A stretch of DNA of 46,906 bases from a virus. The notes under the pieces are model-generated. The model searched no databases. It saw nothing but the letters and a program-made list of their open reading frames with translations, and was not told the DNA's origin. Shown piece by piece: positions 44,205-46,906 of the stretch; position 1 is the first letter of the stretch; each line of letters opens with the position of its first letter. The stretch lies in UHGV virus genome UHGV-1362522; one strand, written 5' to 3'. The position numbers and the translations under genes are program-made.

Positions 44205-44495
44205 CTATTTATAAAGCCAGCAATGAATCCCCGCGTTGCGCATGGCGGCATAAATCACGTCATCAGACACGACCGCCATTGCCACTCTGTCTGCATCAAT
44301 CTGCTGATGCGAAGCCATGATGTCATCATAGAAAACATCGTTAGCATGCAGCCACTCATACGCATGCTTTGCCCTCATGATAAGCACATCATGCCCGGCA
44401 GAGTAGAGCGACTTAGCCAGCGCAACGTTGCCAGAAATAGCATTTCCTTCCGCATCACGCAGCACGCCATCAAGCTCGAAAATGACACATTTCAT
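44205..44495 (-). CDS. HAD-like small hydrolase (nucleotidase-like), possibly degenerate
   Basis: MKCVIFELDGVL resembles HAD motif I with Glu in place of the first Asp. VVSDDV is motif IV-like. SD GGAGAAA. Confidence 0.35.
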   Translation of the reverse strand: MKCVIFELDGVLRDAEGNAISGNVALAKSLYSAGHDVLIMRAKHAYEWLHANDVFYDDIMASHQQIDADRVAMAVVSDDVIYAAMRNAGIHCWLYK

Positions 44496-44521
44496 AAGAT
44501 TTCTCCGAGAGGTTTCATTTT

Positions 44522-44550
44522 AATCTACGCCATGCTAGAATCTACGTCAA
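44522..44550 (-). promoter_or_regulatory. leftward promoter TTGACG-N17-TAGATT built from two motif copies
   Basis: ATCTACGCCA at 44523-44532 and ATCTACGTCA at 44540-44549. On the minus strand this reads TTGACGTAGATTCTAGCATGGCGTAGATT. Confidence 0.4.
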
Positions 44551-44584
44551 GGCGCATTGACATAACTACATCACCAGGGGCATC

Positions 44585-44824
44585 ATGAAGGCATACTCAT
44601 CTTTTTCGTGGGAGCAGAAGGAAAAAATATACTCACTCGCAAGAGCTGGTGTGTCGGATGAGGCACTGTGCGAAAGGTACGATGTGGATGAGGCTATTCT
44701 TCTGCGCATGTATGATGAAGTGCTGTGTGAGTTGCAGCGGCGTCGTGGTTATAGTGGCCTGAAGACGATTAATGATTTCTTTCGGAATGTTGAGCTAAAT
44801 AACGATGAGGGTGGTGATTTATGA
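44585..44824 (+). CDS. hypothetical protein (79 aa)
   Basis: No motif recognised. Precedes the HslV-like gene. Confidence 0.35.
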   Translation: MKAYSSFSWEQKEKIYSLARAGVSDEALCERYDVDEAILLRMYDEVLCELQRRRGYSGLKTINDFFRNVELNNDEGGDL

Positions 44825-44855
44825 AGGGTATCGTATTTATGATTGAGGTGATGAA

Positions 44856-45344
44856 ATGACAACAATTGCATGGGATGGGGTTACGATTGCGCACGATAGT
44901 CAGTCCACTGCCGGAAGCCTGATTATGGCTAACCAGCAGAAGTCTTTTGTACTTGATGAAAATGATAAGTTTTTTATTTGCGGTGAGCTGGCTGTATTGA
45001 TTGTTGGTAGTGGTGCTGCTGGCGATGAACGATATGCGAAGCAGTTCATGCGTCGGGCCGTTGATGACATTATGGAGATGCCAGAAGAGCTGGACTTTAC
45101 TCAGTGGGTATTCACAGATAAAGGGAACTGTTTTGCCATCCAGAAGATTCCTGGAAATAAATATCCAGCGGTTTACGCAGTCACTCCCCCGCTTGCTGCT
45201 GGTTGTGGGCGAGACTTTGCTATGACCGCAATGTACTTGGGGCAGACTGCTGAACAGGCGGTAATTACTGCGTCAGTTCTGGATGCTTTCACTGACTCAA
45301 ATGTTAAAACATATAAATTTAAACACGGCGAGGGGGTGAAATGA
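44856..45344 (+). CDS. HslV / proteasome beta-subunit-like Ntn hydrolase (162 aa)
   Basis: MTTIAW with Thr2 as the putative nucleophile. GVTIAHDSQSTAG, GSGAAGD and PLAAGCG parallel the HslV TTIV..IAGDGQAT..GGTADA..AIGSGG blocks. Confidence 0.55.
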   Translation: MTTIAWDGVTIAHDSQSTAGSLIMANQQKSFVLDENDKFFICGELAVLIVGSGAAGDERYAKQFMRRAVDDIMEMPEELDFTQWVFTDKGNCFAIQKIPGNKYPAVYAVTPPLAAGCGRDFAMTAMYLGQTAEQAVITASVLDAFTDSNVKTYKFKHGEGVK

Positions 45345-45448
45345 TTATTGATGGTGAGTATTTTCACGATGTTAAATTGTTCCTAAGCGACAGCGGCGCG
45401 CTGCATTGTTCGCAGCAAAATGAGGGACCGGAAGAGATGACAAGTTAA
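45341..45448 (+). CDS. 35-aa peptide, ATGA-coupled to the HslV-like gene
   Basis: SD GAGGGGGTG. Confidence 0.2.
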   Translation: MIIDGEYFHDVKLFLSDSGALHCSQQNEGPEEMTS

Positions 45449-45518
45449 TCATCGACAAACACCAGGCCGCGCAGCTTATCGAAGTCCTGCAACGCTGGGT
45501 TGATGACGAGGTGAAGTG

Positions 45519-45701
45519 ATGTCGTATTTCTTCCTGATATTCGTAATCACAAGCAATACGTCCAATATGCAGGTGGTGCCGATGCAAAGCATGGAGCAGC
45601 GCCGGGCGGCCGTTACGGCAATGAAAATCGCTGAGGAAAGACGGACGTGGCGTGATGTAAGTCCAAATGTTAACAATTTGCAATGTGTTGAGGTGAAGTG
45701 A
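45519..45701 (+). CDS. small protein (60 aa) with hydrophobic N-terminus
   Basis: GAGGTGAAGTGATG junction upstream. Ends ...VEVK* on the same cassette. Confidence 0.3.
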   Translation: MSYFFLIFVITSNTSNMQVVPMQSMEQRRAAVTAMKIAEERRTWRDVSPNVNNLQCVEVK

Positions 45702-45862
45702 TGCAACTATTCTGGTCGTTCTGGGTGCCATTTAATTTTCTCTTCTGGTGGTTCGCTGCTCTAAAGGTCAATAACCCTGGGTGGAAGCACGTCGTAGCGG
45801 GAACTGTTTTTGCATTTGTCACTGGGATGGTTCCGTTCCTGATATACCAGGCGATAAAATAA
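45701..45862 (+). CDS. 53-aa membrane peptide
   Basis: GAGGTGAAGTGATG start cassette. Sequence MQLFWSFWVPFNFLFWWFAALK... Confidence 0.3.
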   Translation: MQLFWSFWVPFNFLFWWFAALKVNNPGWKHVVAGTVFAFVTGMVPFLIYQAIK

Positions 45863-45880
45863 CACCTACACCATGCTATA

Positions 45881-45905
45881 ATCCCATCCAGCGATGGGAT
45901 TTTTT
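45881..45905 (+). terminator. rho-independent terminator before the portal gene
   Basis: ATCCCATC-CAGC-GATGGGAT followed by TTTTT. Confidence 0.6.
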
Positions 45906-45916
45906 ATGGTGACGAA

Positions 45917-46906
45917 ATGTCAAAGTTAGAGGCGGTAAACGCCTATATTCAGCAGCGAGTGGCGAACAATAACAGGCTCATCGAGCGGCAGCGCCGGGAG
46001 TTTGGCGGGAAGAACCTTGACCAAAAGCACGACAGGCTTTGGTCGGAGTGTGGTTACAGCCAGGAGATTACAGCAGCAGATTTCCGCTTTGCCTACGAGC
46101 GATATCCGTTAGCTACAGCGGCGGTTAACCTTGTGCTCAATAAGTCGTGGCAAGGTATGCCCACCGTTCTTGAGCACAATGCTGATGACGAGGCAACATC
46201 CAAATGGGAAGTTTCGGTAAACAAAATCCTCAAGAAGTCAGCTCCATTTATCAAAGATGCTGATAAGCGCAACCTGATCAACCGCTACTCAGGCTTGCTG
46301 CTTCAGATAAATGATGGCGGCCAATGGAGTGATCCTGTTAATGTGACCAAAACAGGCAGAATTAAAGATGCGGCAATCGTTAGGCTAATCCCATGCTGGG
46401 AGGAGCAGTTGCGCGTTTCTCAGTGGCAAAATGACGAGTCAAAGGAGGACTACGGACAGCCTTTGATGTTCGAGTACCAGGAAAGCGCCGTTGATGATTT
46501 TGATAACGATGGTAAGCCAAAGCGATCGGTTAAAATCCACCCTGACCGCATTATTACTCTCGCAGAGGGTAGTTTCGATGGGAGCATATTCTCTGGCATT
46601 CCTCTGCTTCGAGCTGGATTTAACGCTTTAATAGACTGCGCCAAAATTACCGGAAGTTCAGCGGAAGGGCTCCTCAAAAACTCATCACGTCAATTATCTA
46701 TATCCTTCAACAAAGATAATGTATCTGTGCAATCCCTTGCGCAGCAAATGGCCGTTACGGTAGAGGAGCTGCCAGATATCCTTAATGAAGATATAGAAAG
46801 AATAAATAGCGGGATTGACGCTGCGATGTTTGGGTTTGGCAATGATGTGGATGTGCTGTCAGTAACCATGAACGACCCTGAACCGTTCATGTACGTAGCG
46901 GCCAGC
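45917..46906 (+). CDS. portal protein, N-terminal part (open at the window end; continues at 1..405 if circular)
   Basis: ATG 45917. 330 codons run exactly to the last base of the window with no stop. The window-start frame continues it. Confidence 0.6.
   Translation, partial: MSKLEAVNAYIQQRVANNNRLIERQRREFGGKNLDQKHDRLWSECGYSQEITAADFRFAYERYPLATAAVNLVLNKSWQGMPTVLEHNADDEATSKWEVSVNKILKKSAPFIKDADKRNLINRYSGLLLQINDGGQWSDPVNVTKTGRIKDAAIVRLIPCWEEQLRVSQWQNDESKEDYGQPLMFEYQESAVDDFDNDGKPKRSVKIHPDRIITLAEGSFDGSIFSGIPLLRAGFNALIDCAKITGSSAEGLLKNSSRQLSISFNKDNVSVQSLAQQMAVTVEELPDILNEDIERINSGIDAAMFGFGNDVDVLSVTMNDPEPFMYVAAS

Noticed and set aside
44556-44561. Perfect TTGACA hexamer as a -35 for gene 44585
   Set aside because: It is only 23 nt from the ATG with no acceptable -10. 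A transcript would start inside the coding region. More likely it is part of the leftward promoter and operator pair.
45424-45518. Start-less 31-codon frame (GTGRDDKLIIDKHQAAQLIEVLQRWVDDEVK) following the 35-aa ORF
   Set aside because: No ATG, GTG or TTG start and no slippery site for a frameshift from the upstream micro-ORF. It likely just carries the conserved ...EVK* GAGGTGAAGTGATG junction.

Overview
This 46,906-bp window looks like a complete, circularly permuted genome of a virulent T1-like (Drexlerviridae-like) siphovirus from an enterobacterial host. The portal gene is split across the window ends (45917..46906 continues in frame at 1..405). No integrase, repressor or CRISPR array is evident.

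The modules recognised from sequence are:
- Packaging: terS, and terL interrupted by an intein inside its P-loop.
- Head genes: Mu-F/SPP1-gp7-like morphogenesis protein, protease-scaffold fusion, major capsid protein and connector proteins.
- Lambda-like tail block on the + strand: major tail protein with a C-terminal Ig-like domain, tail chaperone, 1093-aa tape measure, M/L/K-like minor tail proteins, a gpI-like N-terminus fused to an 826-aa tip protein, and an 825-aa beta-helix tailspike.
- Lysis cassette: GH24 endolysin and nested Rz/Rz1 spanins.
- Leftward replication/recombination block: SSB, Sak4/RecA-like ATPase, PD-(D/E)XK exonuclease, VRR-NUC, SF2 helicase, DUF3987 P-loop protein, DUF3850, plus a rightward zinc-ribbon/TOPRIM primase.
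- Two tRNAs on the minus strand (Arg-TCT and an aberrant CAT tRNA).
- At least five homing-endonuclease-type genes: three HNH+AP2, one T5orf172 gene with Cys/His repeats that carries an in-frame TGA, and a LAGLIDADG enzyme inside the terL intein. There is also a stand-alone AP2 protein.

The most unusual signals are:
1. A truncated DnaN (beta-clamp) homolog.
2. An HslV/proteasome-beta-like Ntn hydrolase next to the packaging genes.
3. A duplicated extended -10 promoter plus structured leader with a covarying stem, ahead of terL and of the T5orf172 gene.
4. A recurrent ATCTACRYCA / TTGAYG-N17-TAGATT promoter-operator motif family at about ten intergenic sites.
5. An iteron + AT-rich origin-like region next to the stand-alone AP2 gene.
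6. A GAGGTGAAGTGATG stop/start coupling cassette reused three times.

All protein calls rest on reading motifs by eye and on remembered family signatures; no database search was run. Some regulatory coordinates may be off by 1-2 nt.
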